A stretch of 57,771 bases of DNA, counting the filler, from Sphacelaria rigidula (taxonomy: Eukaryota), in the NCBI GenBank assembly GCA_964200075.2. It is 7 parts of 7 records of this genome, joined end to end, with 100 filler letters (N's around TTAATTAATTAA, not from the genome) between each part and the next. Parts side by side here need not be neighbours in the genome. Positions count along the whole stretch, not along the records: positions 16,537 to 24,703 come from CAXNAA020012053.1; positions 24,804 to 32,970 come from CAXNAA020012054.1; positions 33,071 to 41,237 come from CAXNAA020012055.1; 4 more parts are not named here. The stretch is one strand, 5' to 3'. The position numbers and the translations under genes are program-made. Position 1 is the stretch's first letter. Each line of letters starts with the position of its first letter. Below are positions 22,946 to 34,013 of this stretch, in pieces. The notes below the pieces were generated by a model. It saw only the letters and a list, made by a program, of their open reading frames with translations, was not told the origin of the DNA and did no database searches.

Positions 22946-23125
22946 CCAGTTTGTCTCGGAATACGTTAAATCTGCAATAGTAGTCCATTCCACGAATGTA
23001 TCGGCAGACGCTACGTTTTTGTGATGAAACGTTTTCTTTATTTTTTTCATCTTAGAGTATGGAACCATGTTTTGCCCGATATTTTCTCTCATTTTTTTCC
23101 TTCTTCTTTTTTTTCCAAATCGCAG

Positions 23126-23291
23126 GTATGACCTGCACAAGATCGACTCGAACAACAGGCTTTACCTGTCGCGGGGAGAAGTCCCGACATCGGATGATGT
23201 ACGTGAGCTAGCGTGGTCGCTGCGGAAACAATGGAGATCGCCGCACAAGGAAGAGCAACGGAAAGGGCGGCCGCCGGCGGGATATTTGTAG
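23126..23291 (+). CDS. MLYCD: Malonyl-CoA decarboxylase, last exon
   Basis: Acceptor ttttccaaatcgcag|G completes the ATG codon in phase 2. Encodes YDLHKIDSNNRLYLSRGEVPTSDDVREL...GYL*, matching the MCD tail YDLxxIxxNxxxYxxxGxI. The intervening intron is 4866 bp. Confidence 0.82.
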
Positions 23292-24879
23292 CTAACCTCA
23301 CCTCTCTTTGTTCGTTTTCTTTATTTTTGTCTGACACTTTTCAGTGAGTGTCAAGAGCGGTCCCTGTAGACGATATGTGCACAGTGCTCACTTCCAAATT
23401 GGATGGGTTTTATGAATTTTCCGGGAGCCTTGAGGAATAGTGAAATACTGACTGTACCGTAGGAATGACCTGCAGAAAATGTGGAGAGGATCTCAGCTTT
23501 TACCGCGTAGAGAGGAAGTTCGCCTCTGCTCTGGAACTTGCCTGTTGTCCTGTGAAGATAGCAGTGGAGGGAGACGGGGGGGGGGGGGGGTGCTCCGTTT
23601 GGAGAGTTTATGTTTTGCCCACACGATGGCATCCATGCACTGTCGACGAGGATCACTCACTCGTTGTGAGAACATTGTGGGTGCTGCGGTGGCAGCAATC
23701 CGTTGGGAGGTTTTGCTGCAGGGGCACACGTTGATTTTATTTCGTGTGTGTAAGTAGTGGTATATGTATATACAGTATAGGAAATACTGGTTTTGAGGTG
23801 CAACGTAGTAGGCTACACGACGACGAGCCGAAAAACGTCGTGCGTGTGTATATCTACATGTCTCTCATCCAGTCGTCAGGGGCATGGACGTGAAGTTCCT
23901 GTCCCTCCACTTGACGGGGTCGGGGTTGCGCACGACAGGCCTCTCCTTGCGCTTTCACCGCTTGCGGAAGACAACTGTTGTTTTGGGCAATATCCAGGAA
24001 AGGGTACATCATGCACCTTGAATTTTGCTTCGCCACTTCCCTAGGCTGCACTAGGATCAGCGAGGTTTTTACACACACATGGTGAATACTTTGTGTTGAC
24101 GCCTGCGGTGGTCCACAGCGGATGCAAAAAGGTGCTTGTGTCAGAGGTGCAAAAAAAGGTGTGGTGGTGACCGCAGTCGGCGAATAGTAAGCAATGAAGG
24201 TCGATACCCAGTTAACGTGAAGATGAACGGGTGTACCTTATACTGCCGTTTGGTGCCACTCCAGGGTACAGAGTGGCGCTGGTGGATATACCCCAATCTT
24301 GGCGGCATTCTTTGCCCAGCACTATCCGGGTTGTTTTTCCTCAGGCTTTGGTGTAGTGTGCATGTGTGTGTCCAAAAGTGAAGCCACGATGCTCTTTGTT
24401 CGCAGTCAAACCAGAGTGGAAGTCAAGTCATGTCCACAACGTCAAATCCACTATTGTTTTCTGTTTGTCGTTTCCTTGCTGCTTTGATTCGTTTTGGATT
24501 TCGAGCCGTCGTGGGTTGCGAGAGGTCTGTACGTCTACGAAAAACAACACGTTTCCCGCTTGCGTGTAGACCTTGTTTTTTTTCCCTCCTTTCTTTGAAT
24601 CTTTTTCACCATGGTCACGGCAGTAGCCTTTTTACGAGTGATCCCACGGTGAGTGGGGGGGGTGTACTCATGATCATGCATGCCATAGTCATCAGACCAT
24701 TGANNNNNNNNNNNNNNNNNNNNNNNNNNNNNNNNNNNNNNNNNNNNTTAATTAATTAANNNNNNNNNNNNNNNNNNNNNNNNNNNNNNNNNNNNNNNNN
24801 NNNATTATTATTATTATTATTATTATTTCCGCACATTAGTCCGATCTCGCGAACCCGTGGTCACAGACGTAGGCTCGCC

Positions 24880-25205
24880 CTACTGGTAGCTTTTGACAAC
24901 TGCTACACGCCCTAAGAAATTGGATTTCGATAACCGAAATGCCGGGGTCCTAGATGAAAAACAATATTCGGGGAACTTCGTGATCCGGTCGAATCAATCG
25001 CTGAAATTCCCCGAAATTGGTTCTTCACCTAGGACCCCAACATTTCGGTTGTCGAAATCCAAAATTTGTATGACTCAATGACTACCATTAGCTGAAGGAA
25101 TGCAACCATACTTTGGAGATTTGGTATGGATACACGAAGATTTTAATCCTCCGGGTTTTCATTCTCAATGAAAAGCTCCATTCTCAATTTCGATAATCGG
25201 CTGTT
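24880..25205. mobile_element. Palindromic (foldback) repeat family, partial copy; related copies at 41893-42178 and 49725-50083
   Basis: Shared arms ...gacaactgctacacgcc..gatttcgataaccgaaat..ggggtcctag(a/g)tgaa / ttcacctaggacccc..tttcgg..tcgaaatcc..gatttggt(a/g)tggatac..gaagattttaat on three contigs. Confidence 0.78.
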
Positions 25206-25210
25206 CTTTA

Positions 25211-25590
25211 GACCGACTCTAATGAGGGGCGTTCAAATTTTCTGTTCAAAACTGCACTTTTGGCCCTTCTCCGTCGTTTGACGCCTGAAAAGAGGGCTAG
25301 GGGGATATTGATGCCTTGAAATGACTTGCTCTACTCATCGAGGCCATTCCAGGGCAACTTTGCATTTCCCGCTGGCCGCATTTTCATTTTTGGCCAAACA
25401 CGGATTTGGCCAAAAATATGTGCGGCCGGCGGGAAATGCATGGGTTCCCTAGAACGGTTTCAACGAGTAGAGCAAGTCATTCCAAGGGGTCAACATCCGC
25501 CTAGCCCTCTTTTCGGGCGTAAATCGACGGAGAAGGGCCCAAAAGGCAGTTTTCGACAAGAATTTTGAACGGCTCCCATTAGAGTTGGTC
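25211..25590. mobile_element. PIF/Harbinger-type foldback MITE, 380 bp
   Basis: Almost fully palindromic: gaccgactctaatgag...cccattagagttggtc, centred on ttttggccaaacacggatttggccaaaa. Flanked by TTA on both sides (25208-25210, 25591-25593). Confidence 0.85.
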
Positions 25591-27799
25591 TTATACAAGT
25601 GAGTTAAAACTCTTCACGGAAGCAGCCAAACATTTTCCTTTTCTCCTCATCGAATCGCGTTTTTCTTTTTTCCAATTTCTCCAGATTTCTGCTTCTTTTT
25701 TCTCCACTCTCGGTCACTTCCGTTGTGCTGTCCGCATTTTGATGACATTATTACGTGCAAAATTTCACCTTCCAGATCTCAAGATAAAGTCGGGCGGGAC
25801 TGTTCAACCAAGAGGAATTCTTGCCTGGTCCACCTCGCAGTCGAATGGGATGGCTTGCTGAAAGGTTGCGATGCCGCACAGGATCCAACACTTGCACGCC
25901 GTAAACTTTCGACAAAAGCCGTGGGGAAAAGTTATGACACACTCGAGCGGTGTCATGAAAAAACAGGAATGTTGATACCCCTCGACTTTGGAAGGAAAAA
26001 CACAACAATAGAGTAGAAACGCGATTGTCACCGGAGCTGGGTACTGCCACCGAGACACCAAAAAGAGGGGCAAAATGCGGTGTTTATTATTAATTCTAGC
26101 CAACACAACAAACAGATCAAACACAGTAACCAAAGCTAATGAAATGGAATCGAATCGCTCTCGAAGTTACGCGCTCATCTCCACTCCCTCTCCTTTATCA
26201 TCTTCCAACTCCACTTACACGATACTAAACCAACCCTACAGTATAATAATGACGGTGACCAAAAGAGCGAATAAAATCCGGGTTCGAGGGTTACACACCC
26301 TTCATACAACCCCGACAACTATTCCCCTCTCTTGATACTTTTTCTTCTCGACAAAAACATGGAGGGTACTCCGCACGAACCTCCCCGGAGGGTACACAGC
26401 AAGCTACGTAACACGTTACGGTACCCCCCACGGGCGAGTAGTTACGGCGCACACACCACACCGGTTAGAAAATGTGGGGGCGACGACCATGAAATCATCA
26501 ACTCAAACCCTGTCCCGTTTATTCGCTGAGCTAGGATGCAAATGGGCGATCATACTTTTGCGCCCCTGCACAGCCCATGCCAATCACTATACTGTATAGC
26601 CACATTTTCAACCCAATAAGCCCATCTGCAACGATGTACCGGACTGCACTCTGTTCACTTTCTGCTTGCAGCGGTCGGCACGTTTGACCAGTGAAAACAA
26701 AAATAGGGACCAAACGCTCTATTTTCAATGTTCATGCGCCATATTTCATTCTGCAACTGGCAGTTGTTCTCCATTCCCATGTATCAACTCACACAGCTGC
26801 CCATCGCTCCTGCATGCCCCATGTTGTGCTTCAAGGGAACGAATTATGATCACGCTCGACATCCCCGCCGTCAACCCAGCAACTCCCTCCGCTCAGTTTT
26901 TGTATTCGGATTCGAGTGCGATACAAACCACAAACGTCGAGTAAAACGTACGACATGTCAATCCGATTCGTAAAAAAACAGACGAGGGAGAAAGAAAGGT
27001 GGAGGGTGATGGCGCCCCCCCCCCCGTCCCTCTCACCTACCCCCAAATTCACAGAAATCACACCCTGGACAATGGACGGTACTGTCAAAAAGTGTGCTGC
27101 GTACAGTATCGAATATTTTGTCTGTCGTAAAACAAAAACAAAGTACTCGATACTGCACGTGGTACACTTTTGGCCAGTGTAATCTCTTCTCCAAAAGATT
27201 GCGTTCCAACCCAGATTACGGCACCCGATACCACTACTGCCCTAACTATTCGCTCGAGCAAGGAACTTGCAGAATGTTGGAGACACATGCAGAACACTGG
27301 GGGGCTGTGGGGCACAAAAAAAACGCTGTTTCTCTCGGCGGCGAGAGGTACGAACGAGAGCACATCAATAAATCGCGGGGCCAGGGTGTTTCGCACACAA
27401 AGCAAACTGGTCACCAGTGGTCAAAACCACGACTTCTCTCGGTACCCTCGGCTTCACGTATCGACCAAAAAAGAAGGCAAGAACAAACGGCGTCCTGCCG
27501 TCTATCGCTAGTCCCCCAGTATCGCAACGCGAACGTTTTGTGCGCCGACAGCAAATCTGACCGCGTTCAATTCAAACAAATAACGCCCGTCACCACTTAT
27601 GTTGCAGAACAAATAAGCAAAACCCCGACATGAGGCCAAAAAACAGAGGACCCCCGCCTGACAATCTCACTGCCCATATGCTTGATCCCGAAGTCCTCGC
27701 CGGCGTGTTACTCCTTCCGTACAGAAAAGAACACTCGGAGGACACTCCTCCCACATAACCAAACATCCATCAACCTGTTCACCTGTCTAATGATCACAC

Positions 27800-30208
27800 T
27801 CAAGAACTGCGAGGGGAGGTCGGAGGCGGCGACGATAGTGGCGAAGTCTTGGTCTTGCAACTCTCTATACCCACCCCAGGCAATACATCAGCAGGCTCCT
27901 TCGGCGGACTAATCGCTTCCTTAACGTACTGTTGTAGCGAGACACGATAGGCCGTCATATCCGCCTGGGTCGTCCACGCATTCACATCTTGCCTCATGTG
28001 CCCTTGTCCGCACTTCTCAGCGTATAGCAGCGTCGCCACCCCGCAGTCGAAGCCCGTCGTTTGTTGTTGCTGCGTGATTGCCGAGTACGCACGATTGCAC
28101 CACCCCCCGCCGGCGTCCGAGACTCCCCTTGAAATTCCGCCGCCATCATCCGCCGCTCCCGATCTTGGCCGCTTGCGGTTAACGCCCGCCCCCCGGCTGC
28201 TTCCGCCCCCGGTGCCGGTCGAGCAAGAACTACTACACCTCCCGCTGCGAGGCGGCGAGGACGATCCTCTCGCGTGCGAGAGATGATCGACACTGCTGCT
28301 GCCAAAATTTTCACGGTACACACCCGAGCGTCCTCGGATATCCAGCGGCCACACCTCGTCCAGCCACTCGTACACAGCTCTGGGGATGCACCGGAACCCG
28401 GTACCGCGGGAGCGCGTCGTCTCGCCACCATCGCCGCTGTACGCTCTCGCCGGCTGCTGGCGACTGCGCGGGGGAGGCTTGCCCATGGGCTCGAACAGCT
28501 GTAGCTCGGGCACCGGCTCGTGTTCCACGCGGAGCAGGTTCCAGTGGACGTTGTTGACGTGCGTGAGGAAGACGATCGACTTGCGTTCCGAGTACACAAC
28601 AGGTCTGCCGAGTATGTCCCTGTACTCGCGGTCGGTGTTTGCGGAAGCGACCGCGGCCGATGCCACCGATCGTGACCCGACTGCATCGTCGCTGTCGTAT
28701 GCCCCTGGCGACGCACTAGAGGATGCAGCGGACGAGGTCGACGAGGCATCGGTGACCGGGGGAGTTGGAGACCGCTTTCCGCTGATCGCCGACGTCGACT
28801 TCAGTTCCAGCTTCGCAAACTCGCACGGCATGAAGTGCACATCCGGGTATGTGCGAGCAAACTTGGTGAGAACCACATCGATGAACACCGAGCTGAGCCA
28901 GGAGTTCGAGCTAGCCCCGTCCGCAGGATCAAGCGCCATCAACATCGCCGCCGCGTGCGCCATAGCGTCTCCCTGTACGGCTGCCGCAGGGGCGTTCCCG
29001 CCCCCGCCTCCCGCCCCGCCGTCGCTCCCCGCCCCCGGTTGCACTCGATCCTCCGCGGAAACCTCAGTGAGGCACGTTTGAAACGGCGGCTGTAGTCCGG
29101 CGAATCGCGACGGCATCTCTGATTTTGGCAAGCGCACCGTTACGACATTTCGAGAATGCTTCTTCGGAAGACCCTCGACACCTTCTTCCATCCCTGTGGC
29201 CTCCGTCGCCTCTGCCGCCGGAAGGTTATCATCATCCTCGACGCCACACCCGAGAATTTCATCGTCATCTCCCTCGATACCCCCATCAGCGTGCCCCCGC
29301 GCTCCTACGCTGCCGTCCCCACCACCGTCGCAGCGAGAGGAACAACCGGACGCGGCCGAGTCCCTTGAAGACACGTGTGACAGTGGCAAGACCAAGTCGC
29401 CCGTGCTGGCGTACTCGCTATCGGTATCCGAAGCCGCAACCGAGGGTGCATCTACCGACGCGGACTTGTCCGAAGCTAGGCTCTCCTCGGCGGAGGTAGC
29501 GGCAGTAGTAGCAGCAAGCCGATCATCCCCGGTCGTCCCCGTGTTTTCTCGCCGCCTCGCGGCCCTGATCCCGTTGTCTTTCGCGGGCCGTCGCCACGGC
29601 AGATTCTTTTGGGACATGACCGTGGCATAAGAGCAGTCCGAATCGGAGTCGCTCCCGCTTCCGCTGGTGCTTGGACTAACACTGCTCGAATACGTCGTGG
29701 ACCCTGACCCCGTAGCTCCCACTGCCGACTGGTCTTGACCTTCCTCCTCGCCGCCGTCTCCCGCCGCGGGACCAACGCCATTGACATGGCCGCCGGATTT
29801 AGACTGCAATGCCGCCAGCTGAGACCACCCGACGAACGACGGCCGCTGTTGATCGTTTGACCTGTCGTTTGCTTCAGCTGCACCGCCGCAGCTGCCACTG
29901 CTGGAGGTTCCCGCCGAAGTCGTAGACCTCGGCCGCTTCTTGCCAGCGAAAAACTTCGCGGGGCCAGCAGTATCGACACCGGCTTGTTTTTGTTGAGTCA
30001 GGGAGGGAGGCTTCGATGGTTTTTCGGCTAGGAGCGTCCCCTTGGCAGCCTTGGGTTGCGCGAGGCCCCCAGCATCTGTCTCCGGGCGTTCATGACGCAC
30101 TTTGGTCAGGAGGTCGCGCTTGCGGACGTGCTGGGACGTATTGTTCCAGGGGGCTACTGCTGCAGGAGAGGGGTCAAACCTAGCGGTTTGCTTCCGTTCC
30201 CTGGGCAT
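27800..30208 (-). CDS. Ulp1/SENP-like (clan CE, peptidase C48-like) cysteine protease, 802 aa, single exon
   Basis: Long disordered N-terminus, then ordered motifs WLSSVFIDVVL (cf. WLNDEVIN), IVFLTHVNNVHWNLLRV (catalytic His-Trp), LQLFEPMG (cf. YYDSL/M) and QQQTTGFDCGVATLLYA (oxyanion Gln and catalytic Cys). Basic NLS-like KKRPR and RKRPR. Confidence 0.82.
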   Translation of the reverse strand: MPRERKQTARFDPSPAAVAPWNNTSQHVRKRDLLTKVRHERPETDAGGLAQPKAAKGTLLAEKPSKPPSLTQQKQAGVDTAGPAKFFAGKKRPRSTTSAGTSSSGSCGGAAEANDRSNDQQRPSFVGWSQLAALQSKSGGHVNGVGPAAGDGGEEEGQDQSAVGATGSGSTTYSSSVSPSTSGSGSDSDSDCSYATVMSQKNLPWRRPAKDNGIRAARRRENTGTTGDDRLAATTAATSAEESLASDKSASVDAPSVAASDTDSEYASTGDLVLPLSHVSSRDSAASGCSSRCDGGGDGSVGARGHADGGIEGDDDEILGCGVEDDDNLPAAEATEATGMEEGVEGLPKKHSRNVVTVRLPKSEMPSRFAGLQPPFQTCLTEVSAEDRVQPGAGSDGGAGGGGGNAPAAAVQGDAMAHAAAMLMALDPADGASSNSWLSSVFIDVVLTKFARTYPDVHFMPCEFAKLELKSTSAISGKRSPTPPVTDASSTSSAASSSASPGAYDSDDAVGSRSVASAAVASANTDREYRDILGRPVVYSERKSIVFLTHVNNVHWNLLRVEHEPVPELQLFEPMGKPPPRSRQQPARAYSGDGGETTRSRGTGFRCIPRAVYEWLDEVWPLDIRGRSGVYRENFGSSSVDHLSHARGSSSPPRSGRCSSSCSTGTGGGSSRGAGVNRKRPRSGAADDGGGISRGVSDAGGGWCNRAYSAITQQQQTTGFDCGVATLLYAEKCGQGHMRQDVNAWTTQADMTAYRVSLQQYVKEAISPPKEPADVLPGVGIESCKTKTSPLSSPPPTSPRSS

Positions 30209-32846
30209 TTCCGTCCGGTTTTACTCCCCCGCCGTCTGTTGTGTTCGCGGTCTACCGTATGTCACGGCTTTGCGATGTGGCTGGTTCTGTCTCCCCTGTA
30301 GTGAAGGGTGCGTGGGGTGGATTGTTACAAAGTGAGGGAAGAAACCTTCCAATGTTGAATGAATGTTGGGGAATAGAACACGAGGTGATGTTGATGAAGC
30401 ACCCTTTTGTATGTACATGTTCGCGGCCAGTGAACATTCCAATAGACAGTCACTGATGCATCAAACGCAAGCGACAACGTGCAGCTAGTACGGAGAAGTG
30501 GGGTGCTGCAGTCATCATTGTACAATTGGGGGAACATCAGACAAGAAGCGCGGAGCTATAGTTGCTGCCAGGCGAGGAGAGCCAAAAAGCCAACACGTGT
30601 GTACTCGCTGAATTTCACCAAGCATCGTGAAAATATACCAAATAGTGTGTCGCACCAAACTATGAACGCCATTTCCTGCTGGGGGAATACGGAGATGAGA
30701 TGGTACTAGTAATGAGTTATCTGACACTGCGTAAGCATGGAAACGTTGACGAGCAGATTCTAATTCTCAGCATGATCAGGAACGACGGCCACAGGTCACG
30801 CCGTGGAGTGGAGCTCCAGTTGGCCTCCAAAAAATACGGTAGGGGTTTGTCACTGCCTGTGAAATGACCTGAAAACTCAGTGGCTTGCAGCGAAGCACGT
30901 CAGTAAAGAACAGCGCCCGATACTGAAAACCATATATAAAATTTGATGGACAGGCAACAGAACAGTCCGGATAAATACATTCAGACAAGTAGTCTGGGAC
31001 GCAGGTTATGAACGACTATAAGGCCCTCTTAAACTACAGAACCAGATATAAATATACGCTCTAATTTTGATATAATCCTCAGCTATATACATACCTTATA
31101 TTTACAATCATGGGAATATGTGACTCGTTTTACATCGTTTGTGCGGAAGCGACAGAAACGCACGAAATGAAACACGACCAGCACACACAGTGCAAACTTG
31201 ACCTGAAACGCTCACCTCATCAACAGCGTAGCCCCTCAGTGTAGGCAAGACTGGCTCCTGACCCGTATCTACCAGCGAGTTGGGTTGGGACGGAGGTGAC
31301 AGCCTGAAAGCCCTAATTTTTCCTCTTCTTCCCCGTTTTTGGCGCACGACAAACAAGAGTCAAGGTCTCTCAAAAAAATCGTTATTTTTTGACGACCCAG
31401 AGCGGGGCCGGTGTGTAACACGGCCGATGCCGTCGACGTGCGCACACGGCGCACAGCTTCACTCAACGCCTAGTGAGTTGGGACTAGGACGCTTGAATCG
31501 CACTGTACCAGAAGTGTGATGAGTACCTGGGGATGTATTCTGTTGGGTTTGAAAAATTACACATCAATGCCCTCTTTCCGTTCTCAACAGAATATGGAAG
31601 CGTTGTTTGTTTGTTGCATTTGTGTTTGCGGCAATATATTCGTTCGCAAACTCTCCCTTTCTGGCCCGCGGTTTTAGGTCTTCTGCGCAAACAATACAGA
31701 GAACAGATACAACAGTACAGTAGTAGTTGAATAGTACAACAGTACTAAAACAATACTACATAGTATTTGAATTCATCCATGGGTCACTTGATACACGACG
31801 GAGCACGATACAGTACTAGTATAGGTGCATTAGACGGGGATATTCTGTAGAGAGCATTACCTGTACTGTGGATTTTACTGTTGTGTTGTACAGACAGTAA
31901 ATCTAATACTCTAACAAGTCAATGGTCCGGCGTATACTGTATACGCTACGTCTACAGAACTATACATATGGACCAACATTAGGTATCTGCGATCCTCCTT
32001 GCAACATCATTGGTAGTGACTGAACATTTCAAAATATCCATCAGTGTCGTTTGGCATGACAGGATGCCCCCACCGACGAGAATAGACAAGCTGATTGCCG
32101 TTTCTTTCGTCTTATCAAATCTTCTAGAAGATGGGCGAGCATTTTGGCTGCATGGAAGCCCGCTGGAGCCCTGTTCCAAGACACGCACCAGGTGCCGTGG
32201 CACTGCTGTTGTACTGTACTGAGTAGCGAGAATGATGCGCTGAGTGTACAGACAACAACAGTGTTACGGTTGGACAATCAAGATTTTTTTTTGATGACGG
32301 GGTATAACACCCTCTCGGGATAAATGTTTGAATGTTTTTGTCCTTGACTTTCTCGAGCGGGAAGACAAAAAATATCTCGTTTAATGAAGTATCTTGATGG
32401 CATATTTCCCTTGACACAGTTCTCGACGTTGATAGTGGTCACAAGTATTGATTGAGAAATCTAGGTGGGAAAACATGTCACCGCGAGGGGGAATGAATGA
32501 TGTCGTACTCTGTCACCTGCGTCATGCATCCTGCTGACTGGCGGTCCCCTTTAGTGAGTGCTCATCGGGCCGTTTCGTACGCGCCTAGCGGCTGTTTTGT
32601 GCTCACCATCCCTACTGAGCAATGCAGACGGTAACGTGCTAGATGGTACCATGCGCTATCGAATGCTTTGTTAATCGACTTTGCTCTTGACTCAGAAATT
32701 ATGGATTATTTGGAATGGAGGGAAAAACGGAAAACTGACACAAACAAAACTGAAGACGAAAACGCGTTCTCGCAGCTGGGAAACTATCGGGCTAACCCGA
32801 AACTACTGTACTTAATATTGGCCCGCCCTTGCGGTAGGTCACTCTT

Positions 32847-32847
<1 letters not shown>

Positions 32848-32893
<46 letters not shown>

Positions 32894-32894
32894 A

Positions 32895-32932
<38 letters not shown>

Positions 32933-32970
32933 ACCTCCCCCAAAAAACAACCCCCCCCCCACCCCCCGCC
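32848..32970. repeat. Poly(C) low-complexity tract at contig end
   Basis: About 120 nt of nearly pure C next to the linker; its length is probably unreliable. Confidence 0.85.
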
Positions 32971-33846
32971 NNNNNNNNNNNNNNNNNNNNNNNNNNNNNN
33001 NNNNNNNNNNNNNNTTAATTAATTAANNNNNNNNNNNNNNNNNNNNNNNNNNNNNNNNNNNNNNNNNNNNAGGGATGCGAGATCAATGGTCGTATGACTA
33101 TGACATGCATGATCATGAGTACACCCCCTCCCCTCTCCCTCCCGGCGATCAAAGGAGTAACACAGTGAATGACTCCATGTATTATCATCTCCCTCTCGTG
33201 ATCAGCCGGCGGTGGCAGAGTATGCAGTAGGCGACGCGATGGCCATCCACTTTTGTAATGATTGCCATTGACTGCCTTGCGCGGACGCGAGAATTCGTTC
33301 CTGCCGCTAGCCGCATCTATAGTCAGGGCGATCAAATGATGGGTATGACTGTTCGTGGGCATACACACCCACCGACGAGAAGGATCATGTCCCCGTCAAG
33401 GCCATCCCGGCCTGTATGGCCAACACATGGCAGTAGCGATAGGCAAGGCGACTATGGAGATGGTGATTGCTGTAGATGAAGTGATCGCACCTAGGAAAGT
33501 AGGGCGCTTGCTTACATACATTGCACACCGTAGTATAATATATCGTACTGTAGCACGGGGGTTGCGATTGCATACCATGGTATATGGCGTGTATTGCACG
33601 TGCTCAGAGTCATGAAACCGACGTGATGTGCTGCATACGGGAGCTGGCGCCATTTCGAGTATGGGAATTTCGCACCGCCACTGATGGCATCACTACATGA
33701 AGACAGTATGAAAGTAGGGCGCTTGCTTACATACATTGCATACAGTATTGTTGTGTTCGTCTCTCTCTTACATATAGTATCAGTCAGGACGCAGGGCTGT
33801 CTACACACTTGACTGTTGAAAATTTGATGTCACCCGGCCCCATCAC

Positions 33847-34013
33847 TTGCGCGATACCGAACACGGCTGTGTAAAGGCACACAACCAGCACCAGTATACA
33901 CCGCTCGACCGGCTGAGCCAGACCCCATGCTCCAATGAAAGGAGCGACGCACAGCACAGTGCGGATATACTGCACCACCAGGGTACTGCTTGCACCCGTC
34001 AGCATGGCGGCTG
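33847..34013 (-). CDS. Possible further MFS exon (two hydrophobic helices)
   Basis: AAMLTGASSTLVVQYIRTVLCVAPFIGAWGLAQPVERCILVLVVCLYTAVFGIAQ followed by |gtgatg. The acceptor is uncertain and linking exons were not found. Confidence 0.4.

Noticed and set aside
23351-24000. Possible minus-strand exons convergent with MCD
   Set aside because: Splice-like sites exist, but there is no recognisable protein motif or phase-consistent chain.
101-30208. PERK + SUMO protease + MCD as a co-located stress-response system
   Set aside because: The genes lie on different contigs separated by artificial linkers.
32668-32970. Polyproline/formin-like ORF
   Set aside because: It derives from a poly(C) tract at a contig end; this is low-complexity or artefactual sequence.
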